Assembly (NCBI GenBank): GCA_050949565.1
Contig: JBMNFY010000001.1
Span: forward strand, 192,001 to 256,000
From: Kiritimatiellia bacterium
Lineage (GTDB): Bacteria > Verrucomicrobiota > Kiritimatiellia > RFP12 > UBA1067
Length of the DNA: 64,000 bases
Direction: 5' to 3'
How positions within the stretch are numbered: position 1 is the first letter of the stretch; the number at the start of each line of letters is the position of its first letter. Shown in pieces: positions 8,178-18,334 of this stretch. The notes below the pieces were generated by a model. That model was not told where the DNA came from and did not search any database. It saw only the letters and a list, made by a program, of their open reading frames with translations. Both the position numbers and the translations under genes were made by a program.

Positions 8178-10727
8178 TCACCGCCGGATCGCCAACTCGC
8201 GGATGCCGAAGGCGGGCAGCGTCAGCGACTCGCTGCCGCAGCGGACCGTACATGGCGTCTCGCCGAGGTTGTTCACGACTGCGCGGCACTCGCCCTGGCT
8301 GACCCGGAAGGCCGTAACGCGCGCAGACGGCGCGTCGAGCGCAAACAGGCCCTGCTGCGCAGGCCATTCGCCGTTGCCCGGCCGGACGCGGAACAGCGGT
8401 ACGCCAGTGCGGAGTCGGTACGCAATCGCGGCCACTTCCACAGTGGGGCATAACACAAGGCTGAAGCGATACTCGTATCCGCCCAGAAACGGGTCGCCGC
8501 CCGAGCTGATTACGTGCTTGGCGTAACCACTGGGAAGAATCTTGCACTCCGGTCGTTTGTCCGCCCGGCCCTGAAGAGAGGCCCCCAGATTCGCTGCCAC
8601 GACGCCGTCCTGTGGCGCGACGCGGAACGACTGGTTTCCGCCCAACGCCACCACGGCGAAGGCTGCATCATCGGAAGCGATGGAGGCGAAGCGCTGCACT
8701 GCGATGAATGACGGCTCGGGATTAGCGTGCTCGATTGTTGCATAAGGGATGTCGTAGCGGACACGGCCGGGCCAACCGCGGAACTCTAGCAGCAAGCCTG
8801 CCGGGTCATACTTGCCCATTCCGATCCGGCGCGGCATGTCGACTTGGACGCCGGCAGTCATCTCGAAGCGGTCCGGCCGAAGACCGATAACCAGCCTGAT
8901 CCACACGGCCCAAGCCAGTTCGGTGAAGACCTCAAGCTCGGGACCGAACGGTGTTTCCCGCACGCGAGTCGTCGCGCGCGTCCAGTCCGGCCGCACCTCT
9001 TCCGTCGTTGCTGCACCCGAAGGATCGCTGAGCTTAAAGGGCGCGACCGTGATCTCGATCTGGCGTGAGCCCTCGGCTACAATCAAGCGTCCTTCCGTCA
9101 GTGCCGCGCACTTGCCGTCAGCCGACACGTCGCGGCCTGCCCGCCACTCTGCGGCCGGTTGCGCATCTGGCCTCTCCCGCAATCCTAATAAACGGTAGCC
9201 GTATGCGGGAAGTTCGACCCGCGCGGAGGCGGTCCACTGCCCCGCGCGGCAGGCAACATCCCCCGGAAGCGGCGAACCGTCCGCAGCTACGAGCGCTAAC
9301 GGACCGTCGACTGCGAACGAAATATCCGCCGTGCGGGAGGGCGCGGGATTCAGCGCGAGCACATAGCCCGCACAGCCCGCCGCAGGCTGGCTGAGGCGCG
9401 CCGCCACCTGTTGTGCGAAGCGCGCCAGCACCTCGTTCGAATAGGCGCGGGAGGTGTCCAGCACGGTCTCCCGGTGCAGCGTGCGCGGCGTCCAAGGAAA
9501 CCAGCCGCTGGAGTCTGAATTCAGGCCGATCAGCGCATGGTGCCAGGCGCGCGAGAGCACGGTCGGTTCGCCGCCGGGGGCCAGGCAAAGGGCTTCGGTC
9601 TCTGGAAATTCGCCGACCTCTTCGAAGTACGCGTCCCACGGGTTGTCGGGCGGTGTCGTCCACGCCTGTTTTAGCGGCACGTCCACCGGCCCGATCCGGT
9701 GAAGAGCGGCCGCGGCATGGGCGAACCCCGCGGCGCGCAGGGCGTCCAGCGCTTTCACGGCATGCCCGTGCCAGTTCATGTCCATCGGGCGCGCGGTCCA
9801 GCGCGAAAAGCTGGGGCTGGGCTCGCGGTCCTCCCGCGCCTGGCCGAACGGATGGGGTGCCGCGCACGTGACGTGGATGCCGACCTCCTGCGTGTACCGC
9901 TCGACCGTGGTCCAACGGATGATTTTACCTTTTTGCGCCAGCCGTGCGATCTCGGCGACGTAGGCGGCGATGTCACCGAGCTGCTCGAAATCGCCACCGG
10001 CCATGATGAAGCTACCGTCGGCATGCGAGTCGTAATACGCCTCGAGCTGACCGAGCCGGATTGAGCGAAGATCGAGGGGAAAGACATCCACCGCGCTGCC
10101 GTCGATCCCCTGCACGCGCCGCGGTCTGTCCCAACCGTCGGGCATGACGATCAGCCGTCGGACGCCGATCTGGTTCATGATATGCGGCATTTGAGGATGA
10201 AACACAATCTCTTGGGGAAAGAAGGTCGCACAATCGGACTGCAGTTCCCGGCGCATCAGTTCCATGCTGACGCGGCTTGCGACCAGATCGGACTCTTCGT
10301 CCGACGCGAGCGCGTGGCTCGCGGCGTACTGGCACCCCGCCATAACGACCTGTCGGCGGTCCACCAGCGGCTTCAGTTCCTCCAAAAACCAGGGCGCATA
10401 GCGTTTCAGGCTGAGCAGCGTCAGTCCCGGGAAATCGATATGAGCCGTCACCTCTGGATAGGCTTTGAGGGCGCGCAGGCCTGTGGCGTAGATGCTTGGA
10501 AACTTCTCGCGGATCTCCTGCTTAGTGTAGCGGTCATAGCACATGTTGCCGTGCAGCAGAAATGAGATATAAACGGTTTTTTGCTTTGAAGGCTCCGGCA
10601 CGGGCACCGCTGACGGCGGGAGGCCGACGGCCGCGAGCCCCGCCACCCCCTGCAACATGCGCCTTCTAGAAAGACACCCATACGTCTGGAAAAACCCCTG
10701 ACTCCGCGACTGTTCAAGCATGGCCAT
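8178..10727 (-). CDS. Tat-exported GH38/GH57-like (alpha-mannosidase-type) protein
   Basis: SRRRMLQG twin-Arg leader; N-terminal FLLHGN...FFPQEI barrel, middle helical region HHALIGLNSD, LPAYGYR and LPAFGIREL beta-sandwich motifs typical of GH38 architecture. Confidence 0.6.
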   Translation of the reverse strand: MAMLEQSRSQGFFQTYGCLSRRRMLQGVAGLAAVGLPPSAVPVPEPSKQKTVYISFLLHGNMCYDRYTKQEIREKFPSIYATGLRALKAYPEVTAHIDFPGLTLLSLKRYAPWFLEELKPLVDRRQVVMAGCQYAASHALASDEESDLVASRVSMELMRRELQSDCATFFPQEIVFHPQMPHIMNQIGVRRLIVMPDGWDRPRRVQGIDGSAVDVFPLDLRSIRLGQLEAYYDSHADGSFIMAGGDFEQLGDIAAYVAEIARLAQKGKIIRWTTVERYTQEVGIHVTCAAPHPFGQAREDREPSPSFSRWTARPMDMNWHGHAVKALDALRAAGFAHAAAALHRIGPVDVPLKQAWTTPPDNPWDAYFEEVGEFPETEALCLAPGGEPTVLSRAWHHALIGLNSDSSGWFPWTPRTLHRETVLDTSRAYSNEVLARFAQQVAARLSQPAAGCAGYVLALNPAPSRTADISFAVDGPLALVAADGSPLPGDVACRAGQWTASARVELPAYGYRLLGLRERPDAQPAAEWRAGRDVSADGKCAALTEGRLIVAEGSRQIEITVAPFKLSDPSGAATTEEVRPDWTRATTRVRETPFGPELEVFTELAWAVWIRLVIGLRPDRFEMTAGVQVDMPRRIGMGKYDPAGLLLEFRGWPGRVRYDIPYATIEHANPEPSFIAVQRFASIASDDAAFAVVALGGNQSFRVAPQDGVVAANLGASLQGRADKRPECKILPSGYAKHVISSGGDPFLGGYEYRFSLVLCPTVEVAAIAYRLRTGVPLFRVRPGNGEWPAQQGLFALDAPSARVTAFRVSQGECRAVVNNLGETPCTVRCGSESLTLPAFGIRELAIRR

Positions 10728-11049
10728 CTCCTCCTGTTTTTAAGTCCTATCGCCCCCGGTTCCAGCGATACGCTACTGTCTGGTGGCGGTACCCCGTGAC
10801 AGCACGACAACGGTAGAAGCGCAGGACAAACGATCGTGTTGCATGGGGGAATGGTGGCACAGAGGCGCTCTGGGGTCAAGTGGTCAAAAAGTATTCCGAA
10901 AGGTTGATGCGGTGACTCGTGGTTAGTGACGAGTGGTATGAAAAAACGGGGCGTCACTTTACTTTAATTGTGATTGGCGTTGAGATTGGCCGAGCAATCG
11001 CATAAAATGAAAATCTGATTCGTCTTTATCGACAAACGAGAGGACAAGT

Positions 11050-12135
11050 GTGTCAACGGAAATACGGCATTCCGATACTGAAGCGCATGCCCCGACATGG
11101 TGGGTGCGCGATCATGAGGGCGGACGGTACGGACCGGTTGCATTTGAGGTTTTGAAAAGCTGGGTGCGTGATGGTCGCATCGGCCCGGCGAATGAAATCT
11201 CGCGGGATGGTGTCGAGTGGTCGCCCGCGACGGCTGAGCCTGCCTTGGAGATGGAGTGGGTCGTTGAGGTGGAGAACGGGCAGTTTTATGGCCCTATCCA
11301 CCGTGACGCGGTGCGGGGGCTGATCAATGAAGGGGCGATTGCGCAGCATGCGGTGCTGTTCCGTCGCACTGCACTCGACGCGCGCGATGCAGAGGCGGAG
11401 TGTCTGCGCTTGGCGGAGGCGTTGCAACAGGCACAGGCGCATGCGCAGCAACAGGAGGAGCTGTGCCATCGCACCGCGCTTGATGTGCGCGAGGCGAAAG
11501 CGGAGTGTCTGCGCTTGGCGGAGGCGTTGCAACAGGCACAGGCGCATGCGCAGCAACAGGAGGAGCTGTGCCGTCAGGCCCAACAGCGTGCGGCGGAGGG
11601 CGAGGCTGAGCGTGTGTCGCTCAGCGAGATGTATGCCGCGTGGTTGAAAGAAGCGGAGGCGTTGCTGGCTCAGACGCGTGCCGAATCAGAGGCGGCATTG
11701 CAACAGGCGCTTGCCGATGTGGCAGACTGGACAGACCGGTACCGTCAGGCCGAGGCTGACTTCGAGCGTTCGCGTGCGGATGCGCGGGAGTGGCGGACGC
11801 GGCTGCGGGCCGCAGAAGAGGCGTGTCAGACGGCCCAGCGCGAGCGGGCTGACTGGCAGGCTGAAGCACAGCGGGCGCTGGCGGAGGTCGAGGAGCTTCG
11901 GCGGGCGGCTGATGCGCGGCCCGTATCGGATACGGTGATTGATGTTGAGGTGCTCCCTCCCGAAAGGCCGGATGAGGCGCGGTATTCTGAGCGTCCCTCT
12001 GAACCGTCGGCGGCGGCGGGCGCCTTCGGCGAGAGATTAAACGGCCTTTCGCTGGCGGAACTTGAATGGCAGGCGCAACGCGAGTTGGAACGGCTCGGGG
12101 CGCGGGGCCAAGCGCTTTTTGCAAAAAATCGCTAG
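11050..12135 (+). CDS. Tandem GYF_2-like domains plus long coiled coil
   Basis: WWVRD..RYGPV...W and WVVEVENGQFYGPI repeats; E/A/Q/R-rich heptad region; RBS GAGGA upstream. Confidence 0.75.
   Translation: MSTEIRHSDTEAHAPTWWVRDHEGGRYGPVAFEVLKSWVRDGRIGPANEISRDGVEWSPATAEPALEMEWVVEVENGQFYGPIHRDAVRGLINEGAIAQHAVLFRRTALDARDAEAECLRLAEALQQAQAHAQQQEELCHRTALDVREAKAECLRLAEALQQAQAHAQQQEELCRQAQQRAAEGEAERVSLSEMYAAWLKEAEALLAQTRAESEAALQQALADVADWTDRYRQAEADFERSRADAREWRTRLRAAEEACQTAQRERADWQAEAQRALAEVEELRRAADARPVSDTVIDVEVLPPERPDEARYSERPSEPSAAAGAFGERLNGLSLAELEWQAQRELERLGARGQALFAKNR
11395..11572 (+). repeat. Exact 73-bp duplication (105-bp period) in the coiled coil
   Basis: 11395-11467 = 11500-11572 (AECLRLAEALQQAQAHAQQQEELC twice). 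Confidence 0.95.
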
Positions 12136-12167
12136 ACGTGACGCATGAAGAATGAGACAGTTTTCAG

Positions 12168-13790
12168 GTGGCTACTATGACGGAACAAAAGAATGGACAT
12201 GACGACAACCGCCAGTGGTTTCTCCGCATCAACGGTGAAACGGTCTTTGGCCCTGTCGCGACGCAGGGGCTGATCGTCTGGGCCGAGCAGGGCCGGATCT
12301 TGCCCGGGCATGAGGTGTCTCTAGATCGTAAGGAATGGGTGCCGGCGGTTTCGGTGGATCTGCTGGATATGCGCTGGTTCGTGGACGATGGCGATGGTGA
12401 GTTGCGCGGGCCGCTCAATCGGCTGGCTGCTGAGGCATTGATCAAAAGCGGCAAGGTTTCGGCGACCGCGCAGGTCGTCGCGGCTGAGGACGTGGATACA
12501 GACACGGAGTCGGCAGACGCAGTACCCGGCGATGAGAAGCGACCGCGCGACGCCATGCCGGAGGAGGTTTTGCAGCGCCGCGTTCATGAGTTGGAAACGA
12601 TTGTCAGCGAGCAGCGCGACCGGTTGTCGAAGCTGTCGGATGCCAATGCTCTGGAGACGATCCAGCATGAGCGCGAGGTGCTGTCCACGCTGCTGAAAGA
12701 GGCTGAGGCCCAGAAAGAGGAGCTGATCCGCAACGCTGAGAAGGACACCAAAGCCAATGAGCGCAAGTTAGAACAATTGCGACAGCAGATCAAGCGGCTC
12801 GAACAGCAGCTCGAGGAGGCGGTTGGCATGACACCGCAGATTGAAGCGTTGACGGCGGATTTGGCACAGGCCGAGGAGCGTGTCAAGACGGCGGAAGCCG
12901 CGCGTGCGGAGGCCGATGCGCGGGCCCGCACGAGTGAGACGGAGTGGGAAGAAGAGCGTATGCGGGTGAAGACGCTTGGCCAGAAACTTGAAGAAGCCGA
13001 GGCGCGTGTCAAAGCCGCCGAGAAGGCGCGTGCGGAGGCCGAGGAGCGCGCGTGTGCTGGCGAGGCCTTCTTGGCCGAGGTGCTTAACGATGCCAACGCG
13101 CGCGACATAGCCTATCAGGAGAAGATCACCGAACTGGAGAAGTTGTGCTCGCAACCGCCCGAGGAGACCGCGCGTTTCTATGCGGATCAGGCGGCCGTTT
13201 ATGAGTTGATCAACGCTGAAGTGACGGAGCTGGCGGCGGCATTGGAGCGTGAAAAGACGCAGGCCGAGCAGCTCAAAAACTGGAGCACGCAGCGTCAGCA
13301 GTCGCTGATGGAACGCCGCCAAAAACTGTTGCGGCATCTGGGCGGAAGCCCGGACGACATGACACGGCGCACCGTGCGCGAACTGCCTTCGGATCCGCAG
13401 GTTGCTCGTTTGCGGGCTGACCTTGAAAATATGCGTGTGATGCATCAGCGCGAGATGCGGCTGGCCGAGACCAAGGAGCGCGAACTACGAGATAAAGTGC
13501 AACTGCTTGAAACAGAGGGCACGCGCCTGCATGCGCAGATCATTGAGGGTGAGAAGCGCGTACGGCAGATCGAGGAACTTGAGGAGCAGTTGCGGCAGCG
13601 TGATCACGATATGGCGGCCGAGCGGAAAAGCCGCGAAGAGGAACGCGAGCAGTTTGAGGCTAATCAGCGGGCATTTTTGGCACGGATCGAAACCTTGGAG
13701 CGAGCCGCAAAGTCGAATACGCCGGAGGGCCTGCAGTCGGCCGAAGCACGCAATGTTAAGCTCGCCTCTTGGATGCGCTTGAAGAGCTGA
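12168..13790 (+). CDS. Tandem GYF_2-like domains plus long coiled coil (paralogue-like)
   Basis: WFLRINGETVFGPV...W and WFVDDGDGELRGPL; about 400-aa coiled coil; start could be 12177. Confidence 0.78.
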   Translation: MATMTEQKNGHDDNRQWFLRINGETVFGPVATQGLIVWAEQGRILPGHEVSLDRKEWVPAVSVDLLDMRWFVDDGDGELRGPLNRLAAEALIKSGKVSATAQVVAAEDVDTDTESADAVPGDEKRPRDAMPEEVLQRRVHELETIVSEQRDRLSKLSDANALETIQHEREVLSTLLKEAEAQKEELIRNAEKDTKANERKLEQLRQQIKRLEQQLEEAVGMTPQIEALTADLAQAEERVKTAEAARAEADARARTSETEWEEERMRVKTLGQKLEEAEARVKAAEKARAEAEERACAGEAFLAEVLNDANARDIAYQEKITELEKLCSQPPEETARFYADQAAVYELINAEVTELAAALEREKTQAEQLKNWSTQRQQSLMERRQKLLRHLGGSPDDMTRRTVRELPSDPQVARLRADLENMRVMHQREMRLAETKERELRDKVQLLETEGTRLHAQIIEGEKRVRQIEELEEQLRQRDHDMAAERKSREEEREQFEANQRAFLARIETLERAAKSNTPEGLQSAEARNVKLASWMRLKS

Positions 13791-13813
13791 ATCGGGCAAA
13801 GGGAGATGCGAGG

Positions 13814-14443
13814 ATGAGTGTCGGGCAGATTCAGGAGGCGCTGATCAAGGGACGCGCACCCGAGGTGGTGAGCCTCGTGACGGCGGCGATTGAGCAGGGG
13901 GTGGCTGCGTCGGTTTTGTTGAATGATGGGCTCTGTGCCGGCATGACGGTGATCGGCGAGAAGTTCAAGAAAAACGAGGTGTTCGTACCGCAGGTGTTGC
14001 TGGCCGCGCGCGCGATGAAACAGGCAACCGAGGTTTTGAAGCCGCATCTGGTGGCGGCCGGCGTGACGCCTTTCGCGACAGCGGTGATAGGAACGATCAA
14101 AGGCGACCTCCACGACATCGGCAAGAATCTGGTGGGCATGATGCTGGAAGGCGCCGGTTTCAAAGTGGTGGATGCTGGAATCAGCGTGGCACCGGAGAAG
14201 TTTGTATCTCTGGCGCAGGAACACGACGCCAAGATCGTCGGGGTTTCGGCATTGCTGACAACCACGATGGTGTCGATGCGCAGCGTCGTGGAGGCGGTGC
14301 GCGCGGCTGGTCTGTCAGCCAAGGTCATCATCGGCGGTGCGCCGGTGACGCAGGCGTTCTGCGATGAGATCGAGGCGGATGGCTACTCGCCGGATGCAGC
14401 TTCAGCCGCTGAATTAGCGAAACGGCTGGTTGGGGTTCAGTAG
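13814..14443 (+). CDS. Corrinoid (cobalamin-binding) protein, MtaC/MetH cap plus B12-binding domain
   Basis: GDLHDIGKNLV (DxHxxG), SALLTTT, IIGGAPV. Confidence 0.92.
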   Translation: MSVGQIQEALIKGRAPEVVSLVTAAIEQGVAASVLLNDGLCAGMTVIGEKFKKNEVFVPQVLLAARAMKQATEVLKPHLVAAGVTPFATAVIGTIKGDLHDIGKNLVGMMLEGAGFKVVDAGISVAPEKFVSLAQEHDAKIVGVSALLTTTMVSMRSVVEAVRAAGLSAKVIIGGAPVTQAFCDEIEADGYSPDAASAAELAKRLVGVQ

Positions 14444-14479
14444 TGCCTTATCGGTCGATAAGGCCCAGAAACCAAGATG

Positions 14480-17400
14480 TCACGGCAACAGCACCTGCCG
14501 CCACAATGCATCCAGCCGCTTGGGCGAGACCGGCGCGGGGGTGCGTAACTCCTGCGCGAAAAGCGAGACGCGCAATTCCTCGATCTGCCAGCGGTATTCG
14601 GTCAACTGGACGGGATCGTGGCGCGGCGGCTCATCGAGCGCGATGAAGTCCGTGTAGCGCTGCCAGAGCGGTTGCAGGTCGTTGAGTTTACGTAAGTCGC
14701 CTTGCGGATTGCCCTGCGCCCGCTGGATACGTATGCGGCAGGCCTCGAGATAGCGCGGCAGATGCTGGAGCCGGGCGGACAGGATTGATTCCGCAAATCC
14801 CGGGAAAATCAGCCATGCCAACTGTTCGGTCAGGTCTTCCTGAGTTTCGGTCGGTAGCGTGGCCGCCAGTAGATCGCGCTCTACGTCGCGGGCGGCGTGC
14901 AGGATTGCAACTGTCAACCGCGTGCGCGCGAGATGTACGCCATGCAGACGCCCGCGTTCGGCGGCGAGACGCTCCTGAAAGGTCTCGGCGTCGCGGATCG
15001 GTGGACGGCCCTCGGTGAACGTCTCGCGCAACGCGGCACGGCCGAGTTCCTTCCCTAGGGATTCGGCGCTCATGTCGAGTTGCTTAAGATATGCGGCGAC
15101 ATCGAACGGTAACGACGGCGGTTGCGTCACGCGCTTCCACTCTTTGCCGAGTGCGATTGCGATCAGGCGGCATACGCCTTTGTCGTGAGCGGCGGCGGCT
15201 TCGGCGGACGTTGCGAACAAGCGCAGCGATGCGGTGTCGCCAGCATTGACCAAGGCCGGATAGTGAATGAGCGACCAGCCCGCCTTGCCCGCGTCGATTT
15301 GCGCGGGCAGCGCGCCGAAATCCCATTGCGTCAGGCCGTCCTTTTGCCAACGCAGGTCTGGCGTCCGCACGGTGGCGCTCGCGCCCTCGTTGCGCGGCGC
15401 GAAGAGCTTGACCAGCAGGGCGATGTTGCGCCCGCTGCCCAGTTCGCGCCCCGTCTCATCCTGAACCACGAATCGCATGCGCAGGTGATCGGGAACCGCA
15501 TCTTCATTCCAATAGTCAGTCGGCACACGGATGTTGCGCGCGGTGTACAGCGCATCCGAAAAGGCCTCGTTCAACGAGCCCTGTCCGGGTTGGAGATAAC
15601 TGCGGCACATGCTCAGCGTCTCGTCAATCGGCTGCAGCAGACGGCGGTAACGGGTCGGCAGGACGTGTATCATCCAGCGCAGTTTTTCATCCAGCAATCC
15701 GGGCACCAGCCACTCGCTGCGCCATGCCGCGACCAGCGGTAGGATGGCAGCCGGCACGGTGCAGGTGATGCCGTCGTCCGTTTCGCCGGGCGCGTTGCGA
15801 TAGGTCAGGGCTAGGCGGTTGCCGGAGAGCGTGACGGCATCCGGATACATCTGCGAGAGGTCGCGAACGGGCGGCAGATCCGCTTCGGTCATGGTCAGCG
15901 TGTTGGCCGCATCCGCATGTTCGCGCAGCCAGCGGCGCAGGTCAGCGGCACTGCACAGCTCCGGCGGCAGGCGGGTGTCGTAGAAAGCAAAGGCGGTTTC
16001 TGGATCAAAGAGCGCACCGTGCTGGCGCGTCTTTTCTTCGGCGTCGAGCAAGGTACGGATACGCGCGAGATTGTCCCTGAGGAAGGGCGGCACCGGCTTG
16101 GGGAAGGCACCGGCGATCAGCCCCTCGCGGATAAAGATCGCGCGCGCTTCGGCCGGTTCAATACGGCTGTAGTCGCGAGTGCGGCCTTCGACCAGCACAA
16201 GCCCGAAAAGGGTGACGCGCTCCCGGACGCGTACGAAGCCGCGCCGCTCATCCCAGGATGGGGAGTGGTAGCTGGACTTACAGAACCGTTTGGCGATGGG
16301 TTCAATCCACGACGGATCAATACACGCGGCGGTTCGCGCGAAGAGGCGCGAGGTTTCAACCAGTTCGCCCGCCAGAATCCAATCGCGCGAAAGCACGTTG
16401 GGACGTCGGCTAGCAGTGGATGGTTTCGTGCGGTCGGGCAGGGCCGGTTTCGCCTCTTTAAGTTTGGCGAGACCCGAGCCGGGGAAGATTGAGAAGCGGA
16501 TCCCGCGCGCACCGCGATAGTCGCCGATCTCGGGATCGCGTTTGCCGAGATTGCCCAGCAGGCCGGTCAGCAGGGCGCGGTGAAGGCCGTTGTCGCCGCC
16601 GGATGCGGATGTGACGTCGAGTTGCAACTCGGTGCAGAGGCGTTCGAGCTGGCCGCGCAGATCGATCCAGTCGCGCATGCGCGGGTAGGAAAGGAAGTTG
16701 TCTTTGCAGAGACGGCGCGCGCGTGATTGTGAGGCACCGGCGGTCTGTTCGTGATACCAGCGCCAGAGGCGGAGGGTGGCGGCGAAGTCAGAGAGCGGCG
16801 TGAGGAAGCGTGCGTGGAGTTTGTCGGCCTCGGCCTGTTTCTCGATGGGCCGGCGGCGCGGATCATCGCACTCCATCGCGGCCACGACGATCAGGGCGTC
16901 GGCTAGAACCTTTTCGTGGTGCGCCGCGAAGAGAATGCGGGCCAGAGCCGGATCGAGCGGCAGCCGCGCGAGCCGTCGACCGAGCGCCGAGAGGGTAGGG
17001 GGGACGGAGTCGCTGACCTCAGCATCGGATGTTGGGGACGGTGGGCTTTCTAGGGCACCGAGGAGATCGAGTTGGCGGTAGCCGTCGCGGATCATCGCGG
17101 GCGACGGCGGATCGATGAAGGGGAACGATTCGATATCGCCCAGCGCAAGGTCGAGCATGGTGAGGATCACACCGGACAGACTGGAGCGCACAATCTCAGG
17201 CGGGGTGAACGGATCGCGTTTGCGGAAATCATCTTCGTCGTACAGACGGATGCAGATGCCGGGCGCGAGGCGTCCGCAGCGGCCTTGGCGCTGGTTGGCG
17301 CTGGCTTGCGAGATCGGTTCGATCTGGAGACGCTGCACCTGCGTACGCGCGTTGTAACGGCTAAGGCGCGCCAGTCCGGAGTCGATCACGTAGCGGATGC

Positions 17401-18274
17401 CGGGCAGGGTCACCGAAGTTTCGGCCACGTTGGTGGAGAGGATGATGCGGCGGTTGGATGAGAGACGGAAAGCGCGCTGCTGTTCGCCAGCGGGCAGCGA
17501 GGCGAGCAGCGGGATAATTTCGGTGTTCGGCAGACGCCGACCGGTGAGCGTTTCGGCGGCATCACGGATATCGCGTTCACCGGGCAGGAAAACCAAAATG
17601 TCGCCCGGGCCTTCAGCCATCAGCTTATCGCATGCGTTGGCGATCTGCCGGGGCAGGTCGGGGTCGTCCGCCTCATCGGGCGGACGCCAGCGCGTTTCGA
17701 TCGGATAGAGCCGGCCGGGAACGGAGAGGATGGGGGCGTTGTTAAAAAATTCAGAGAAGCGCTGCACGTCCAGCGTGGCGGAGCTGATAATCAGTTTGAG
17801 GTCGCGGCGGCGCGCGAGCACACGCTTGAGAATGCCGAGCAGGAAGTCGATGTTCAGCGAGCGCTCGTGCGCTTCGTCGATGATCAACGTGTCATAGGCG
17901 CGGAAGAGCCGGTCGCGCCGCGTCTCCGCCAGCAGGATGCCGTCGGTCATGAACTTGATCACGCTGTCGCGCGACAGCTTCTTGTCGAAGCGGTGCTGGT
18001 AGCCGACAACCCCGCCGGGGGTTTGGCCGAACTCTTCGGCCACGCGGTGCGCCATCGCCAGGGCTGCGAGGCGTCGCGGTTGGGTGCAGCCGATGAGCCC
18101 GCGCTGTCCGCGTCCGGCCGCGAGCGCGATTTTAGGAAGCTGGGTGGTTTTCCCTGAACCGGTGTCGCCGCAGACGATGATGACCGGGTGATTGCGCAGC
18201 GCTGTCGTGATCTCCGCCGCATGTGCGGAGATCGGCAGTTCGGGAGGGAAGCGGATGTCTGGACGTATGCTCAA
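14480..18274 (-). CDS. hrpA: ATP-dependent RNA helicase HrpA
   Basis: GDTGSGKTTQLP, DEAH, SAT, QRQGRCGR, C-terminal EELRVSLFAQEL. Confidence 0.96.
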   Translation of the reverse strand: MSIRPDIRFPPELPISAHAAEITTALRNHPVIIVCGDTGSGKTTQLPKIALAAGRGQRGLIGCTQPRRLAALAMAHRVAEEFGQTPGGVVGYQHRFDKKLSRDSVIKFMTDGILLAETRRDRLFRAYDTLIIDEAHERSLNIDFLLGILKRVLARRRDLKLIISSATLDVQRFSEFFNNAPILSVPGRLYPIETRWRPPDEADDPDLPRQIANACDKLMAEGPGDILVFLPGERDIRDAAETLTGRRLPNTEIIPLLASLPAGEQQRAFRLSSNRRIILSTNVAETSVTLPGIRYVIDSGLARLSRYNARTQVQRLQIEPISQASANQRQGRCGRLAPGICIRLYDEDDFRKRDPFTPPEIVRSSLSGVILTMLDLALGDIESFPFIDPPSPAMIRDGYRQLDLLGALESPPSPTSDAEVSDSVPPTLSALGRRLARLPLDPALARILFAAHHEKVLADALIVVAAMECDDPRRRPIEKQAEADKLHARFLTPLSDFAATLRLWRWYHEQTAGASQSRARRLCKDNFLSYPRMRDWIDLRGQLERLCTELQLDVTSASGGDNGLHRALLTGLLGNLGKRDPEIGDYRGARGIRFSIFPGSGLAKLKEAKPALPDRTKPSTASRRPNVLSRDWILAGELVETSRLFARTAACIDPSWIEPIAKRFCKSSYHSPSWDERRGFVRVRERVTLFGLVLVEGRTRDYSRIEPAEARAIFIREGLIAGAFPKPVPPFLRDNLARIRTLLDAEEKTRQHGALFDPETAFAFYDTRLPPELCSAADLRRWLREHADAANTLTMTEADLPPVRDLSQMYPDAVTLSGNRLALTYRNAPGETDDGITCTVPAAILPLVAAWRSEWLVPGLLDEKLRWMIHVLPTRYRRLLQPIDETLSMCRSYLQPGQGSLNEAFSDALYTARNIRVPTDYWNEDAVPDHLRMRFVVQDETGRELGSGRNIALLVKLFAPRNEGASATVRTPDLRWQKDGLTQWDFGALPAQIDAGKAGWSLIHYPALVNAGDTASLRLFATSAEAAAAHDKGVCRLIAIALGKEWKRVTQPPSLPFDVAAYLKQLDMSAESLGKELGRAALRETFTEGRPPIRDAETFQERLAAERGRLHGVHLARTRLTVAILHAARDVERDLLAATLPTETQEDLTEQLAWLIFPGFAESILSARLQHLPRYLEACRIRIQRAQGNPQGDLRKLNDLQPLWQRYTDFIALDEPPRHDPVQLTEYRWQIEELRVSLFAQELRTPAPVSPKRLDALWRQVLLP

Positions 18275-18334
18275 TCGCGTGACGTCGGGGCGGGTCCGAA
18301 AGAAGAAGCGGGCCTAGTATTCGGCACTGTGCCG

